A stretch of 64,000 nucleotides of DNA from an uncultured Aquiluna sp. (GCA_913775595.1 CAJYLB010000001.1:620001-684000); one strand, 5' to 3'; positions 18,818 through 30,541 are shown, counted from the stretch's first letter. Translations and numbers: made by a program. The notes: a model not told the origin generated them from the letters alone.

Positions 18818-20851
18818 ATGACAAATCCGCTATTGCAGCTATCGACTCTCGAGTACGAACTTCCTAACTTTTCAGAGCTAAAAGACGAGCACTACCTACC
18901 TGCGTTTGAGGCTGCTACGAAGGCACATCTTGCAGAAATCGAAGAGATCGTTTCTCAGCCAGAGGTAAATTTCGAAAACACCCTCGTTGCCCTTGAGTCA
19001 TCGGGCCAATTGCTCACGGCAATGATGTATGTCTTCTACAACAAGACCGCCTCAGACACAAACGAGGAGATTCAGGGACTTGAGGCCATAATCTTCCCGA
19101 AGTTTTCAGCCCACCAAGATTCCATTCAATTAGATCCGAGGCTTTTTTCGAGGCTTAAGTCCCTTGAGGAGCAACGCGCAAACGGCGAGATTAGCCTTGA
19201 CGTTGAGTCAGATTGGCTCCTGACCAAATACCTCGAGGACTTCCGTCACGCAGGTGCTGAGCTCGCAGATGAGCAGCGCAAAAGGGTCGCTGAAATCAAT
19301 GAGCGACTAGCCGGTCTGGAAGCAGAATTTGACAAGCGACTTCTCGCGGACAGCAACGATCTGGCTATTAATCTTCCCGACTCAAAGCGGCTTGAAGGCC
19401 TAAGTGAGACTGAGATTGAAAGCTGCAAGCAGGCGGCCGAAACCCGAAACCAGACCGGCTACACGATTCCGCTGCTGAATTATTCTGGGCACCCAATGCT
19501 CGCGACCCTCGAGGATCGCGAGCTTCGCAGGGAGATACTCGAGCGCACCCTCTCTAGGGGATCGAGAGGAAATGACAATGACACCTCAGAGATTGTCCGA
19601 GAGGCTTTAGACCTAAGGCGCGAAAAGGCCAAGCTATTCGGTTATGAAAACTACTCGCAGTATGTTACGAGCAAGCAAACGGCGAAGAGCCCGGAGCGCA
19701 TTCATGAGGTCCTCGGGCGAATAGCTCCAATCGCAAAACGCAATGCTGAAGCTGAGGCTGGAGAACTTCAGAAACTGATGCAGCGCGAGCAGCCAGGAGA
19801 AGAGCTCAGGGCTTGGGACTGGGACCGCTATACCGAGCAGCTACGTGCCGAGAAGTATTCAGTGGACACCTCCGTTTTGAAGCCTTACTTCGAGCTCAAG
19901 AGAGTGTTAGAGCAAGGGGTCTTCTTTGCAGCTGGCGAGCTCTACGGGCTCAATTTTGAACCGCGGCCAGACCTAACCGGCTACCACCCAGACAACTGGA
20001 TCTACGAGGTCTTTTTTGAGGATGGTTCTGGGTGTGGGCTCTACATCTTCGATCCCTACGCCAGACCTTCTAAGTCTGGTGGTGCCTGGATGAACAACTT
20101 AGTCGACCAGTCAAGGCTTCTTGGAAAGCTGCCAATCGTTGTCAACAACATGAACATCCCTAAGCCTGCAGCTGGAAGTCCAGCGCTCATGACCTTTGAT
20201 GAGGTGAACACTCTCTTCCATGAGTTTGGGCACACGCTCCATGGACTCCTCTCCAATGTTCAATACCCCAGGTTTAGCGGCACCAACGTTGAGCGCGACT
20301 TTGTGGAGTTCCCGTCTCAGGTGAATGAGATGTGGATGCTGTGGCCCGAGGTGCTCGCAAACTATGCCGCTCACTACGAGACTGGCGAAAAGCTCGATCC
20401 GATTTGGATTGACAAGATTCAGGCGACTGAGAGTTTCAATCAAGGCTTTGAAACAACGCACTATCTCCAGGCCGCAATTTTGGACCTAGCCCTCCACGAA
20501 AGCGAGACGACCCCTGAGGACCTTGTTGAATTCGAACGCGAAGCGATTGCAGCTTATGGACTCGAGTTCCACCCCGTCCCAACCCGCTATCGGACAAACT
20601 ACTTCGCCCACATATTCGCCGGAGGCTACTCGAGTGGCTACTACGGCTACATCTGGAGCGAGGTGCTGGATGCTGAGAGCGTCAACTGGTTCAAAGAGCG
20701 TGGTGGACTAAACAGGGCAAATGGGCAGATCTTTGCAGATGCTCTGCTCTCACGCGGAGGTAGCCACGATTCAATGGATTTGGTGCGCAGCTTCTTGGGT
20801 CACGAGCCCACAGTTGAACCGCTAATGAAGCGGAGAGGGCTGCTCGACTAG
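18818..20851 (+). CDS. dcp: M3 family metallopeptidase (peptidyl-dipeptidase Dcp-like)
   Basis: N-terminal [26 protein letters not shown] and [19 protein letters not shown] motifs. Confidence 0.88.
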   Translation: MTNPLLQLSTLEYELPNFSELKDEHYLPAFEAATKAHLAEIEEIVSQPEVNFENTLVALESSGQLLTAMMYVFYNKTASDTNEEIQGLEAIIFPKFSAHQDSIQLDPRLFSRLKSLEEQRANGEISLDVESDWLLTKYLEDFRHAGAELADEQRKRVAEINERLAGLEAEFDKRLLADSNDLAINLPDSKRLEGLSETEIESCKQAAETRNQTGYTIPLLNYSGHPMLATLEDRELRREILERTLSRGSRGNDNDTSEIVREALDLRREKAKLFGYENYSQYVTSKQTAKSPERIHEVLGRIAPIAKRNAEAEAGELQKLMQREQPGEELRAWDWDRYTEQLRAEKYSVDTSVLKPYFELKRVLEQGVFFAAGELYGLNFEPRPDLTGYHPDNWIYEVFFEDGSGCGLYIFDPYARPSKSGGAWMNNLVDQSRLLGKLPIVVNNMNIPKPAAGSPALMTFDEVNTLFHEFGHTLHGLLSNVQYPRFSGTNVERDFVEFPSQVNEMWMLWPEVLANYAAHYETGEKLDPIWIDKIQATESFNQGFETTHYLQAAILDLALHESETTPEDLVEFEREAIAAYGLEFHPVPTRYRTNYFAHIFAGGYSSGYYGYIWSEVLDAESVNWFKERGGLNRANGQIFADALLSRGGSHDSMDLVRSFLGHEPTVEPLMKRRGLLD

Positions 20852-22122
20852 GCGGTTTTGTCTTTGAGTCTTTGAGGCAGAGGCTGAATCTTAGGAATCG
20901 TGTGATTTGCCACGTTATCTGCAGTAATTACAACCAGCCCCTGCTCAGCTGAACCCGGCAGCTCAAACATGATTGGGCTCAATAGCTCCTCGAGAATCGC
21001 CCTGAGGCCACGAGCTCCTGTCTCTCGCTCAACAGCCAGGTCGGCAATCATTTCAATTGCTGCTGGTTCAAATTGCAGCTCAAAACCGTCAATTTCGAAC
21101 ATGCGTTGGTACTGCTTGACGAGAGCGTTCTTTGGCTCGGAGAGGATTGAAATCAGGGCTGGCTTGTCTAGTTGATCGACAGTTGCGACCACTGGAAGCC
21201 TTCCGATGAACTCTGGGATAAGTCCAAATTTCCTAAGGTCCTCCGGCTGAACCTGGCGGAACACATTCGTCTCGTCGGTCTTCTCTTTTAGCGGAGATCC
21301 GAATCCAATGCCCTTCTTTCCGGTTCTCTCGCCGACTATCGTCTCTAGACCCGCAAAGGCCCCTGCAACTATGAACAGAACGTTGGTAGTGTCGATCTGA
21401 ATGAACTCCTGCTGGGGGTGTTTGCGGCCACCCTGTGGAGGGACGGATGCAACTGTTCCCTCGAGAATCTTTAGAAGCGCCTGCTGAACACCTTCACCCG
21501 AAACATCACGTGTGATTGAAGGGTTCTCCGCCTTGCGAGAGATCTTGTCGATCTCATCGATGTAGATGATTCCGGTTTCCGCGCGTTTTGGGTCGTAGTC
21601 AGCTGCCTGCAAGAGTTTCAACAGAATGTTCTCAACATCCTCGCCGACATACCCGGCCTCGGTGAGTGCTGTGGCGTCCGCTACCGCAAATGGCACGTTC
21701 AGCCGCTTTGCAAGAATTTGAGCCAGATAAGTTTTTCCACAACCGGTTGGGCCGATCATCAAGATATTGCTCTTCGCTATCTCGACATCATCGTGAGGCT
21801 TTCCCGCGTTGGTCAACGTCCCAGTGGCACGAATTCTCTTGTAGTGGTTATAGACAGCAACCGAGAGCTGCTTCTTTGCGTCATCTTGGCCAATGACGTA
21901 TTCATCTAAGAAAGTCTTGATTTCTTTGGGAGTTGGGAGCTCGAGAGACTCGGTGGACTCCGCTACCTGCTGACCGAGCTCTTCCTCGATGATTTCGTTG
22001 CACAGCTCAATGCACTCATCGCAGATGTAGACGGAAGGTCCAGCAATTAGCTTGCGGACCTGCTTCTGGCTCTTGCCACAGAACGTGCACTTCAGCAGGT
22101 CGCTTGTCTCACTCAAGGTCAT
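20848..22122 (-). CDS. clpX: ATP-dependent Clp protease ATP-binding subunit ClpX
   Basis: C4 zinc finger; [35 protein letters not shown] and IGF loop motifs. Confidence 0.99.
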   Translation of the reverse strand: MTLSETSDLLKCTFCGKSQKQVRKLIAGPSVYICDECIELCNEIIEEELGQQVAESTESLELPTPKEIKTFLDEYVIGQDDAKKQLSVAVYNHYKRIRATGTLTNAGKPHDDVEIAKSNILMIGPTGCGKTYLAQILAKRLNVPFAVADATALTEAGYVGEDVENILLKLLQAADYDPKRAETGIIYIDEIDKISRKAENPSITRDVSGEGVQQALLKILEGTVASVPPQGGRKHPQQEFIQIDTTNVLFIVAGAFAGLETIVGERTGKKGIGFGSPLKEKTDETNVFRQVQPEDLRKFGLIPEFIGRLPVVATVDQLDKPALISILSEPKNALVKQYQRMFEIDGFELQFEPAAIEMIADLAVERETGARGLRAILEELLSPIMFELPGSAEQGLVVITADNVANHTIPKIQPLPQRLKDKTA

Positions 22123-22175
22123 GGCTAAAGCCTATATCTAGCCTTGATTGATGCACTTAGGAGCTCTCGGAGTGT

Positions 22176-22817
22176 TTAACCCTTGCGAGTGGTAAGAACT
22201 TGGTCAATCAAGCCGTACTCGACCGCTTCAGTTGCAGTCAGGATCTTGTCCCTGTCGATGTCTTTGTTGACCTGCTCCTTGGGCTTTCCAGAGTGCTTTG
22301 CGAGGGTGTCCTCTAGCCACTCACGCATACGCATGATCTCTTTAGCCTGAATCTCGATGTCCGAGGCCTGGCCCTGTCCCCCGCCGCCTGTTGCAGGCTG
22401 GTGGATCAGGATTCGCGCATTCGGCAAAGCTAGACGCTTACCCTTTGCGCCTGCCGCTAACAGCACAGCCGCTGCAGAGGCTGCCTGGCCAAGGCAGACA
22501 GTTTGAATCTGAGGCTTGATGTATTCCATGGTGTCGTAAATGGCGGTCAGGGCCGTAAACGAGCCACCTGGGGAGTTGATGTACATCGTGATATCTCGAT
22601 CTGGATCCTGAGACTCCAGCACCAGTAGCTGCGCCATGATGTCGTCAGCTGAAGCGTCATCCACCTGGACCCCAAGGAATACGATGCGGTCCTCAAAGAG
22701 CTTCGTGTAGGGGTTGTGGCGCTTGAATCCATAGGAAGTACGCTCTTCAAACTCTGGAAGGATGTAGCGGGCCTCTGGCATCGCGATGCGGCCTGCGCCG
22801 GTCTCAATGAAGCTCAT
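22176..22817 (-). CDS. clpP2: Clp protease proteolytic subunit ClpP2
   Basis: [15 protein letters not shown] and LIHQP motifs; second gene of the tandem pair. Confidence 0.95.
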   Translation of the reverse strand: MSFIETGAGRIAMPEARYILPEFEERTSYGFKRHNPYTKLFEDRIVFLGVQVDDASADDIMAQLLVLESQDPDRDITMYINSPGGSFTALTAIYDTMEYIKPQIQTVCLGQAASAAAVLLAAGAKGKRLALPNARILIHQPATGGGGQGQASDIEIQAKEIMRMREWLEDTLAKHSGKPKEQVNKDIDRDKILTATEAVEYGLIDQVLTTRKG

Positions 22818-23402
22818 TTACTTGCCCTTCCCTACTCCGGTCGATCCTGAAGCAAACTCCTGGATGTGGTCAATAAAGCCATATTCGAGCGCTTCAGCAG
22901 CAGTAAACCAGCGGTCTCTGTCACCATCGGCCATGATCTGCTCTACGCTCTTGCCGGTCTGCTCGGCGGTGAGGGTTGCTAGCTGTCGCTTCATGGACAT
23001 GATCAACTCGGCCTGAGTCTGAATGTCAGATGCGGTGCCGCCGAAGCCGCCTAGGGGCTGGTGCAAAAGAACTCTGGTGTTGGGCGTTGCATAACGCTTT
23101 CCCTTGGTTCCGCTCGATAGCAGGAATTGACCCATGGACGCTGCCATGCCGATGCCGACAGTGACGATGTCATTAGGCACATACTGCATCGTGTCGTAGA
23201 TGGCCATGCCAGCGGTTATCGAGCCACCAGGAGAGTTGATGTAGAAGTAGATGTCCTTTTCGCTGTCCTCAGCTGCCAGCAGCAGGATCTTGGCACAAAT
23301 CTCGTTGGCGTTCTCGTCGCGAACCTCGCTGCCAAGCCAAACGATGCGGTCTTTTAGCAATCTTTCGAAAACGTTATTGCGCTCTAGTTGTGGCATTGCC
23401 AT
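22818..23402 (-). CDS. clpP1: Clp protease proteolytic subunit ClpP1
   Basis: [17 protein letters not shown] and LLHQP motifs; first gene of the tandem pair after tig. Confidence 0.95.
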   Translation of the reverse strand: MAMPQLERNNVFERLLKDRIVWLGSEVRDENANEICAKILLLAAEDSEKDIYFYINSPGGSITAGMAIYDTMQYVPNDIVTVGIGMAASMGQFLLSSGTKGKRYATPNTRVLLHQPLGGFGGTASDIQTQAELIMSMKRQLATLTAEQTGKSVEQIMADGDRDRWFTAAEALEYGFIDHIQEFASGSTGVGKGK

Positions 23403-23461
23403 CGAATACTCCTTAGCTATCTAGTAAACGATAGCCACGGGCCATGCTGAATTTGGCCCTT

Positions 23462-23475
23462 GTTCGCCCCAGGCG
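23462..23475. promoter_or_regulatory. ClgR-type operator upstream of clpP1P2
   Basis: GTTCGC-CCCAG-GCG matches the GTTCGC-N5-GCG ClgR/PopR box known upstream of actinobacterial clpP1P2; a -10-like TATCGT lies at 23433-23428. Confidence 0.7.
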
Positions 23476-24738
23476 TTAGAGCTTGTACTCGACCTTGTTG
23501 CCCTTGGTGTCGGTAATCTCTGCGTTGGCGACTAGGAAATCAACGGCCTTGCGCCTGGCCAATTCATTTGCATAGAGCGCAACCTGTCCATTTGATGCAA
23601 CCTGTTTGATGAAGTCGTTAGGGTCCATGCCGTAGCTTTGAGCGTTCAGAGCTAGATACTCAATGAGTTCCTGGTCCTCAACCTTGATTTCTTCAGCCTC
23701 GACGACCTTGTCCAGAATCAATCTTGTCTGGAAATTCTTCTGGGACTCTTCCGTGACCTCTTTGCGGTGAACATCGTCATCTAGACGACCTTCACCCTCC
23801 AGGTGATTGTGCACCTCGCGCTCGATGGCAACATCAGACATCGGAATCTTCGCCTTGGAAACAAGCTCGTCAACGATTTTGTCCCTTGCCTGAAGCACCT
23901 GCTTGCGACCGAGCTGCTCCGCGACCTTCTTTTCGATGTCGGCCTTTAGCTCGTCTAAGGTGTCGAACTCGCTTGCGAGCTGGGCAAAGTCATCGTCGGC
24001 ATTTGGTAGCTCACGCTCCTTCACAGCCTTCAGAGTTACTGAGACCTCTGCGTCCTTGCCTGCGTGCTCGCCACCGACCAGCTTGGAGCGGAAGGTTGTG
24101 GACTCCCCTGCGGTGAGGGTGTCGAGTGCCTCATCGATGCCATCGAGGAGCTGGTTCGAACCAATCTCGTAAGAAATGTCGCTGGCTGTGTCAATCTCCG
24201 CTCCGTCTAGAGAGGCAGTGAGGTCGATGGTTGTGAAGTCGCCCATTTTTGCAGGGCGCTCGACCGTCTTCAGAGTTCCGAAACGAGCCCTTAGGGCATC
24301 GAGCTCTGTCTCAATATCCATCTTGGCCACCTTGACTGAGTCAACCTTGACCTTTAGGCCCTTGTAGTCGGGCATCTTGAACTCAGGCTCAACTTCCACC
24401 TCGATGTCAACAATGAGCTCCTTCGTCGGCTCTTGAGCGTTTGGAGCTGACTTGATGTCAACCTCCGGGGCTGCGAGCGGGCGAAGCTTCTCGCTCAGGA
24501 GAGCCTCGCGGTAAAAGTCGTCAATGCCATCGTTTATCGCCTGGCCAATGATCGCGTCTTTACCAACCCTCTGGTCCAGAACTGGTGCAGGAACCTTGCC
24601 TTTGCGGAAGCCAGGGATGTTGACCTGCGCCGCAATGGTCTTGTAGGCCTTGTCCATGGCTGGCTTGAATGCCTGCTCATCAACGGTTACGGTCAGCTTG
24701 ACGCGCGTGGGATTGATTTTTTCGACTGTGGTTTTCAA
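23476..24738 (-). CDS. tig: Trigger factor
   Basis: IPGFRKGKVP ribosome-binding motif and FKBP-like middle domain; TTG start. Confidence 0.97.
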   Translation of the reverse strand: MKTTVEKINPTRVKLTVTVDEQAFKPAMDKAYKTIAAQVNIPGFRKGKVPAPVLDQRVGKDAIIGQAINDGIDDFYREALLSEKLRPLAAPEVDIKSAPNAQEPTKELIVDIEVEVEPEFKMPDYKGLKVKVDSVKVAKMDIETELDALRARFGTLKTVERPAKMGDFTTIDLTASLDGAEIDTASDISYEIGSNQLLDGIDEALDTLTAGESTTFRSKLVGGEHAGKDAEVSVTLKAVKERELPNADDDFAQLASEFDTLDELKADIEKKVAEQLGRKQVLQARDKIVDELVSKAKIPMSDVAIEREVHNHLEGEGRLDDDVHRKEVTEESQKNFQTRLILDKVVEAEEIKVEDQELIEYLALNAQSYGMDPNDFIKQVASNGQVALYANELARRKAVDFLVANAEITDTKGNKVEYKL

Positions 24739-24767
24739 GTCCTACTCCAAGGGGTTAGTTGATCGAC

Positions 24768-24844
24768 TGGTCGGGATGACAGGATTTGAACCTGCAACCC
24801 CCTGTACCCAAAACAGGTGCGCTACCAAGTTGCGCTACATCCCG
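24768..24844 (-). tRNA. tRNA-Pro (TGG)
   Basis: Reverse complement CGGGATGTAGCGCAACTTGGTAGCGCACCTGTTTTGGGTACAGGGGGTTGCAGGTTCAAATCCTGTCATCCCGACCA. Confidence 0.97.
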
Positions 24845-24913
24845 GGGATTTCATAACAAGCGTCATGAACCCTGACACTCTATCCCATAGAATGGGGAGT
24901 CGTCTAACGATGC

Positions 24914-24987
24914 GCGAGTGTAGCTCAATGGTAGAGCCTCAGTCTTCCAAACTGATTACGCGGGTTCGATTCCCGTCACTCGCTCCA
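24914..24987 (+). tRNA. tRNA-Gly (TCC)
   Basis: GCGAGTGTAGCTCAATGGTAGAGCCTCAGTCTTCCAAACTGATTACGCGGGTTCGATTCCCGTCACTCGCTCCA. Confidence 0.97.
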
Positions 24988-25082
24988 AGACTTCAAACCA
25001 CGAGTCATGCCACTTCCAAATCGGCAAAAGACAAGTCCCGCGAATCTGTCTGAGCAACCTCTTGGGCCCTGAGTGCGGGAAG

Positions 25083-25940
25083 CTAAGGTTTCACCGCAGA
25101 AATTTCATCCAGAATCGATTGAGTCCCGCGAAGCCCTTCCGGTGATGGAATCAGGGGATAAACGTGCAGGGCGCCTCTTTCGTAGTGCAGGGACACCGCT
25201 ACCTTCGCCTCTATAATCCTCTGACTCAAGACCAGCGCATCGGGAAAGAGCAGGTCAAAATCGCCAATGAAAATTGAAGTTTCCGGTAGGCCTGTCATGT
25301 CACCCCTGAGCGGACTTACCTCAATCCTTCTTGCATCGCCACGGTTTGACCACACTGTTGCGATGTAGCGAAGCGATTGGGCAAGTAGCCAAGGGTCTCT
25401 GCGTTCGTATGTCTCGAAGTTTTCGTAGGCCCACTCTGAGTCGACCCATGGGGCAATGAGAATCAGCCTGGATACTGCTTTTTGCCATGCCGGCTGCTGT
25501 GCCAGGGTCAGTGCGAGCCCGCCCCCCGCTGAATCTCCCGCCAGAACGACTGGCAACCCAGTAGCCACCACTTCTTGCCGAACAAGTTCCAAAAAACCCA
25601 AGGCGTCATCAACGGTGTATCTGGATGCCAGACCATACCTAGGCACGTAAACAACACTCTGTGTCTCCCGAGCAATCCTTCCTATGAGATCCCAATGTTG
25701 TTTTGCGATTGGTTGGACGTAGCCCCCGCCGTGAAGATAGAGGACAGCTCTTGTAGGAGCAGTAGAACTTCTAACCATGTGCATCTGGAAGCCACCCAAT
25801 TCATGGGTTTCGATTTGCAGGTCCCTAAGTTGGGACTTCGTTGGGCGGGCCGGAGGGCGAGCGGGGCGACCCAGGCGGGTAAGCCCGAGCTTTTTCTTAG
25901 CGAGGAAGAAGAGCCAGATAAGTCTCATCACAATGCTCAC
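25083..25940 (-). CDS. Alpha/beta hydrolase (HSL family IV esterase)
   Basis: YLHGGGY and GDSAGG motifs. The start is placed at GTG 25940, which overlaps the upstream stop (GTGA). Confidence 0.88.
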   Translation of the reverse strand: MSIVMRLIWLFFLAKKKLGLTRLGRPARPPARPTKSQLRDLQIETHELGGFQMHMVRSSTAPTRAVLYLHGGGYVQPIAKQHWDLIGRIARETQSVVYVPRYGLASRYTVDDALGFLELVRQEVVATGLPVVLAGDSAGGGLALTLAQQPAWQKAVSRLILIAPWVDSEWAYENFETYERRDPWLLAQSLRYIATVWSNRGDARRIEVSPLRGDMTGLPETSIFIGDFDLLFPDALVLSQRIIEAKVAVSLHYERGALHVYPLIPSPEGLRGTQSILDEISAVKP

Positions 25941-26722
25941 TGCTGACACCTCGAGCAAAAGTAAAGCTTCCTAGAGGCCATGAGCTCAAGAGTTATTTCA
26001 TGGCCACATTCTCGACAGGGAAGGCCCTCTCGCTTGTAGACGTAGTAGCGGTCGGCGAGCTTCGGTCGCCCTTTCAGGTAGCCCTCACGTGTGAGCATCA
26101 AGCCGGTTCTTACGCCGATTGGCATCAGGCTCAGGCTGTCATTCCAGATTCGGTCGGCCAGCTCCTCTGGGATCTTGTTGCCTGGCGTGTATGGGTTTAT
26201 GCCAGACCTAAAGAGCAGCTCTGCCCTATAGACGTTTCCGATGCCTGCGATGACGGCCTGATCCATGAGCTGTTGCCCGACGGGGGTCTTACGCGAGGTC
26301 AATTTTTGGACGAACCGTTCGCGTTCACTTCCCCTTCGGTCCGGCCGAAGGGGATCAGGACCAAGCCGAGCCTGAACACCCCTGACACCTTGCTGGTCAA
26401 CAACCTCACATGCCGTCGGGCCCCTCAGGTCTGCAGTCAAGCCTGGAACCTGGAACCTTGCCCTAATCTGCCCCACAACATCCGGTGTTTCGCCTTTTGT
26501 AAATCGCCACTTCCCATAGATTCCTAGGTGGATCCGAATTGCTAACTCGTCAAAGTGGAGAAAGAGATGTTTACCCCAGGCCTCTGATTTAGTCAGTGTT
26601 CGGCCGCTCAACATAGCGGCATCGGTGAATCGACCTTGGGGAGAGCTGATTTCCAGGCTGGTTCCGGCAAAGTCTTTTTGAAATCGCTTTGCAATCCGAT
26701 GAACTGTGTGTCCCTCAGGCAC
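25937..26722 (-). CDS. Fpg/Nei family DNA glycosylase
   Basis: N-terminal PEGH; GKHLF, H2TH motif AGIGNVY and a C-terminal C4 zinc finger. Confidence 0.93.
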   Translation of the reverse strand: MPEGHTVHRIAKRFQKDFAGTSLEISSPQGRFTDAAMLSGRTLTKSEAWGKHLFLHFDELAIRIHLGIYGKWRFTKGETPDVVGQIRARFQVPGLTADLRGPTACEVVDQQGVRGVQARLGPDPLRPDRRGSERERFVQKLTSRKTPVGQQLMDQAVIAGIGNVYRAELLFRSGINPYTPGNKIPEELADRIWNDSLSLMPIGVRTGLMLTREGYLKGRPKLADRYYVYKREGLPCRECGHEITLELMASRKLYFCSRCQQ

Positions 26723-26724
26723 GG

Positions 26725-27198
26725 CTAGTAGAGGACCTCGCCCGTGGCCTCATAGTGTGAAATCTTGCCGATTCGCCGCACATGTCGCTCATCCTCCGAG
26801 AAAGGCTCTGCGATGAAGGTCTTCACCAAAGCTAGAACTTCTTCTTGGCTGTGCTGGCGAGCGCCGAGTGCAATCACATTGGCATCGTTGTGTTCTCTCG
26901 CGAGCTTGGCTGTGGATTCGTTCCAAGCTAGTGCGGCACGAATGCCTCGGACTTTGTTCGCGGCCATTTGCTCCCCATTGCCACTTCCTCCGAGCACGAT
27001 ACCGAGGGCCTCCACTCCAGACTCGAGGTCTTGAACGACGGCCTTAGCCGCGGCTATGCAGAACCCGGGGTAATCATCCAAGGCATCGTATTCCACCGGA
27101 CCGTGGTCAATTAGCTCGTGACCTAGGGCCGACAATTCACTAACGAGGTAGGCACTGAGCTCCATACCAGCGTGGTCTGTCGCGATGTGAATTCTCAT
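26725..27198 (-). CDS. rpiB: Ribose-5-phosphate isomerase B
   Basis: DHAG, DDYP, GGSGNGE and AREHNDAN motifs. Confidence 0.96.
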   Translation of the reverse strand: MRIHIATDHAGMELSAYLVSELSALGHELIDHGPVEYDALDDYPGFCIAAAKAVVQDLESGVEALGIVLGGSGNGEQMAANKVRGIRAALAWNESTAKLAREHNDANVIALGARQHSQEEVLALVKTFIAEPFSEDERHVRRIGKISHYEATGEVLY

Positions 27199-27897
27199 CT
27201 ACGCCATCCTCTTTCCGATTTCCCTAAGCTCCTCGTCAGCGCTATCAGTTCTCACGAGCACCGTCTCACCCTTTCGGGTAACAATCTCGATTACCTCACC
27301 TGAATTTGGTAGGAACGCAACCTTCTTTCCGGAAACCCTGAGCCCTAATCCACCGAAGGACTTCCAGCTCGCCACAGATCTCCTAGCACTCTCTATTTCG
27401 CGGTATTCGACCCGGAACATCGGGATTCCCCTGAGATAGACAGTCAGGCTGTCTCCAATGTCAATCCTTGGCTTGGCCATGAAAAGAATCAAAAGCACTG
27501 CCACAGGTGCCAAAACAATAAGTAGTGGGAACTCCAACACTGAATCCCTTGCATCCATTAGGCCTATCTGGGAGTCAATAGCTGCAATCTGAATACCCGC
27601 CATAGTCGCAAACGAAACGCCAGTAACCAGCATCAGCACAATCCGAATGGTTGACGGGATCTTTGGATAAAGAAGCACAACGGCCCAAATGGCTCCAGGT
27701 ATCAAAAAGGCTGCCCCTGCTGCCCAGAGGTGCTCATTCAGGCTTGAAAAGCCGTCAGCCTCTCCACTGGGACCCCAGTGAGTAGCCAGAGGATCTGGAA
27801 GTAGCCCAGCTGTCTGGAGCGAGTTGGCCCACCAGTAATACCAGGCAAAAGCCGCTACAGGAATCAATGCCAAAAGGGTTGAGAGTTGTCTTTGCAC
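27199..27897 (-). CDS. DUF1648 domain membrane protein
   Basis: LPDPLATHWGPSGEADGF motif, about 4 TM helices and a PH-like C-terminus (FGGLGLR). Confidence 0.8.
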   Translation of the reverse strand: MQRQLSTLLALIPVAAFAWYYWWANSLQTAGLLPDPLATHWGPSGEADGFSSLNEHLWAAGAAFLIPGAIWAVVLLYPKIPSTIRIVLMLVTGVSFATMAGIQIAAIDSQIGLMDARDSVLEFPLLIVLAPVAVLLILFMAKPRIDIGDSLTVYLRGIPMFRVEYREIESARRSVASWKSFGGLGLRVSGKKVAFLPNSGEVIEIVTRKGETVLVRTDSADEELREIGKRMA

Positions 27898-27983
27898 CCC
27901 TCCAGCCTAAAGCCACCCGTAGGCTAGTTGCGGTCAATGGAGCCGGTGCTCAAGATGCACACATTAGACCTATGGAGATGAAA

Positions 27984-30530
27984 ATGCCTGGGGAAAACCT
28001 AACTCGTCTAGAGGCCAGCGAGAGAGCCGAGCGACTTGAGGTCGAGAGCTACCTAGTCGAGCTCGATGTCACAACCGACGAGAAGACCTTCCAATCAAAG
28101 ACCACCGTCAGATTCAGCTGCAATCAGCCTGGCTTCAGTACCTTTATCGACGCCCAGACTGCGAGCGTTGAAAAAATAGTGTTGAACGGCAAAAATCTGG
28201 ACCCAAAGACCCACAGCGACAACACCCGCATCACCCTCCCGGAACTGGCTGAGCAAAACGATCTCTACATTGAAGCCACTGGTAGGTATTCAAACTCGGG
28301 AGAGGGTCTCCACCGTTTTGTTGACCCTGTCGACAACGAGGTTTACCTCTATACCCAGTTTGAGGTTCCTGACTCGAGACGGATGTTCCCGGTTTTTGAG
28401 CAGCCTGACCTGAAGGCAACTTTCGAATTTCACGTCACCGCTCCGAGCTATTGGAAGGTCACCTCAAACTCCCCCACACCCGAGCCTGAGGCCGTTGATG
28501 ACAAAAAGAGCATCTGGAGGTTCGCTCCCACGCCAAGAATCTCGAGCTACATAACAGCGCTTATTGCCGGCCCCTACACAGAGTGGCGGGATTCATTAAC
28601 CAGTTCCGATGGTAGAGAGGTGCCTCTAGGGGTCTTTTGTCGCGGGTCGCTTGCCGAATACATGGATGCCGACTACATATTTCAAAAGACCAAAGAGGGC
28701 TTTGAGTTTTTTGAGAAACTCTTTGACTTTCCATACCCCTTCGAAAAATACGACCAGCTTTGGGTTCCCGACTTCAATGCCGGTGCAATGGAGAATGCAG
28801 GTGCGGTCACCTTCACTGAAAACTATGTCTTCCGCTCTGCGGTCACCGACGCCATTAGAGAACGCAGGGTAGTCACTATCCTCCATGAGCTGGCTCACAT
28901 GTGGTTTGGCGATTTGGTGACCATGAAATGGTGGAACGACCTGTGGCTAAATGAAAGTTTTGCTGAGTACGTTTCAACACTGGCGACCGCAGAGGCGAGC
29001 GAGTGGAGCGAGGCATGGACGACGTTTGCAGCTCTTGAGAAGAACTGGGCCTATAGACAAGACCAGCTCCCATCTACCCACCCAATCGTGGCAACCATCA
29101 ACGACCTAGAGGATGTTCAGGTCAATTTCGATGGCATCACCTATGCCAAGGGGGCATCGGTGCTCAAGCAACTCGTGGCCTGGGTTGGTCGTGACGAGTT
29201 TTTCCGCGGAGTTGCCTCTTACTTCAAAAAGCACCAGTGGAAAAACACCGAGCTGAAAGACCTTCTCATCGAGCTCGAAACAGAAAGCGGCCGCGACCTT
29301 GGTGAGTGGTCGAAGCTGTGGTTGGAGACAGCCGGCGTCAATACCCTCAAGCCTCAAATAGAAGAGTCAAACGGAAAAATCACCTCATTCGAGGTCCTAC
29401 AGACCACTCAAGAGGGCCACGACTACCAGAGGCCTCACCGCATGGGCATTGGCTTTTTCTCTCTTGAGGGCGGAAAGCTCAGGCGCACTCATCACCTAGA
29501 ACTAGATGTAGATGGCCCCCAGACCGTCGTATCGGAACTGCACGGCATGGAGCGGCCTGATCTGGTGCTGCTGAACGATGCCGACCTCGCATACGCCAAG
29601 GTGAGGCTTGATGAGCAGTCAAGACAGGTAGCAATGGATAACCTCAGCGGCATCGAGGACTCACTTGCGAGGACACTGGTTTGGACGGCCGCTTGGGATG
29701 CAACCCGCGACGGAGAAGCCCCTGCTCGGGACTTCATAAAACTGGTGCTCAGGCATATCGCAACTGAAACCGAGTCCACCACAGTCACAACTCTCCTGAG
29801 ACAGCTGATCACAACGGGAACACTTTATGTGAGCCCGGCCTCAAGGGAACAGACCCTGACAGAGATTGCAGCCGGACTGATTGACTTGGCCGAGGCTGCA
29901 GCTCCTGGTACTGACAACCAGCTGCAGTTTGCGAAGTTTGTTCCGCAGTTTGCGAGAACAGAGGCCCAGTTGGGATGGCTCCGCGAGGTTCTAATTGGAA
30001 ACAAGGAAATCAGCGGCTTGCAAGTAGACCAAGACCTTCGCTGGGAACTACTCACGGGTCTGGTGGTTGGCGGAGCAGCCAGCGAGGAAGAAATCTCCAG
30101 TGAGCTAAAGCGCGATAACACCGCAGGAGGCCAAAAGTTTGCGGCCGCGTGTAGAGCAGCGCTGCCAAGCGCCGAAGCCAAGGCTGAGGCGTGGCGTGTT
30201 CTAACTGAGACCGAGGACTATAGCAACACCCTGGTAAACAGCGCCTCGCTGGCTTTTGGTCGAGTGAATGACCTGGGGCTCCTCAGACCATATGCGCAGC
30301 GCTACATGGACGTCGCACTTCGAATTTGGAACGAGCGCAGCTACCACATTGCCTCATACCTGCTAACCAACCTCTACCCAATACAACTTGCAAGCGAGGA
30401 GCTCCGCGAGCTGACTGAGAAGTTGATCTCCAGCCCAGAGATAGCGGAAAAGCCCGCATTGCGTAGGGTATTAGTAGAAAACTTGGCTGGTCTTGAGCGA
30501 GGTCTCAAGGCGCAGCTGGCCGATAAATAG
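27984..30530 (+). CDS. pepN: Aminopeptidase N (M1 family)
   Basis: MPGENLTR start; GAMEN, HELAH...NESFA and FDGITYAKG motifs. ATGs at 27972 and 27978 are alternative starts. Confidence 0.96.
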   Translation: MPGENLTRLEASERAERLEVESYLVELDVTTDEKTFQSKTTVRFSCNQPGFSTFIDAQTASVEKIVLNGKNLDPKTHSDNTRITLPELAEQNDLYIEATGRYSNSGEGLHRFVDPVDNEVYLYTQFEVPDSRRMFPVFEQPDLKATFEFHVTAPSYWKVTSNSPTPEPEAVDDKKSIWRFAPTPRISSYITALIAGPYTEWRDSLTSSDGREVPLGVFCRGSLAEYMDADYIFQKTKEGFEFFEKLFDFPYPFEKYDQLWVPDFNAGAMENAGAVTFTENYVFRSAVTDAIRERRVVTILHELAHMWFGDLVTMKWWNDLWLNESFAEYVSTLATAEASEWSEAWTTFAALEKNWAYRQDQLPSTHPIVATINDLEDVQVNFDGITYAKGASVLKQLVAWVGRDEFFRGVASYFKKHQWKNTELKDLLIELETESGRDLGEWSKLWLETAGVNTLKPQIEESNGKITSFEVLQTTQEGHDYQRPHRMGIGFFSLEGGKLRRTHHLELDVDGPQTVVSELHGMERPDLVLLNDADLAYAKVRLDEQSRQVAMDNLSGIEDSLARTLVWTAAWDATRDGEAPARDFIKLVLRHIATETESTTVTTLLRQLITTGTLYVSPASREQTLTEIAAGLIDLAEAAAPGTDNQLQFAKFVPQFARTEAQLGWLREVLIGNKEISGLQVDQDLRWELLTGLVVGGAASEEEISSELKRDNTAGGQKFAAACRAALPSAEAKAEAWRVLTETEDYSNTLVNSASLAFGRVNDLGLLRPYAQRYMDVALRIWNERSYHIASYLLTNLYPIQLASEELRELTEKLISSPEIAEKPALRRVLVENLAGLERGLKAQLADK

Positions 30531-30541
30531 GAGCGACGAAG

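Noticed and set aside
24988..25940. Possible island or mobile remnant after tRNA-Gly
   Set aside because: Only an esterase coupled to the nei-like gene and a weak 6-bp inverted repeat; no att duplication or recombinase.
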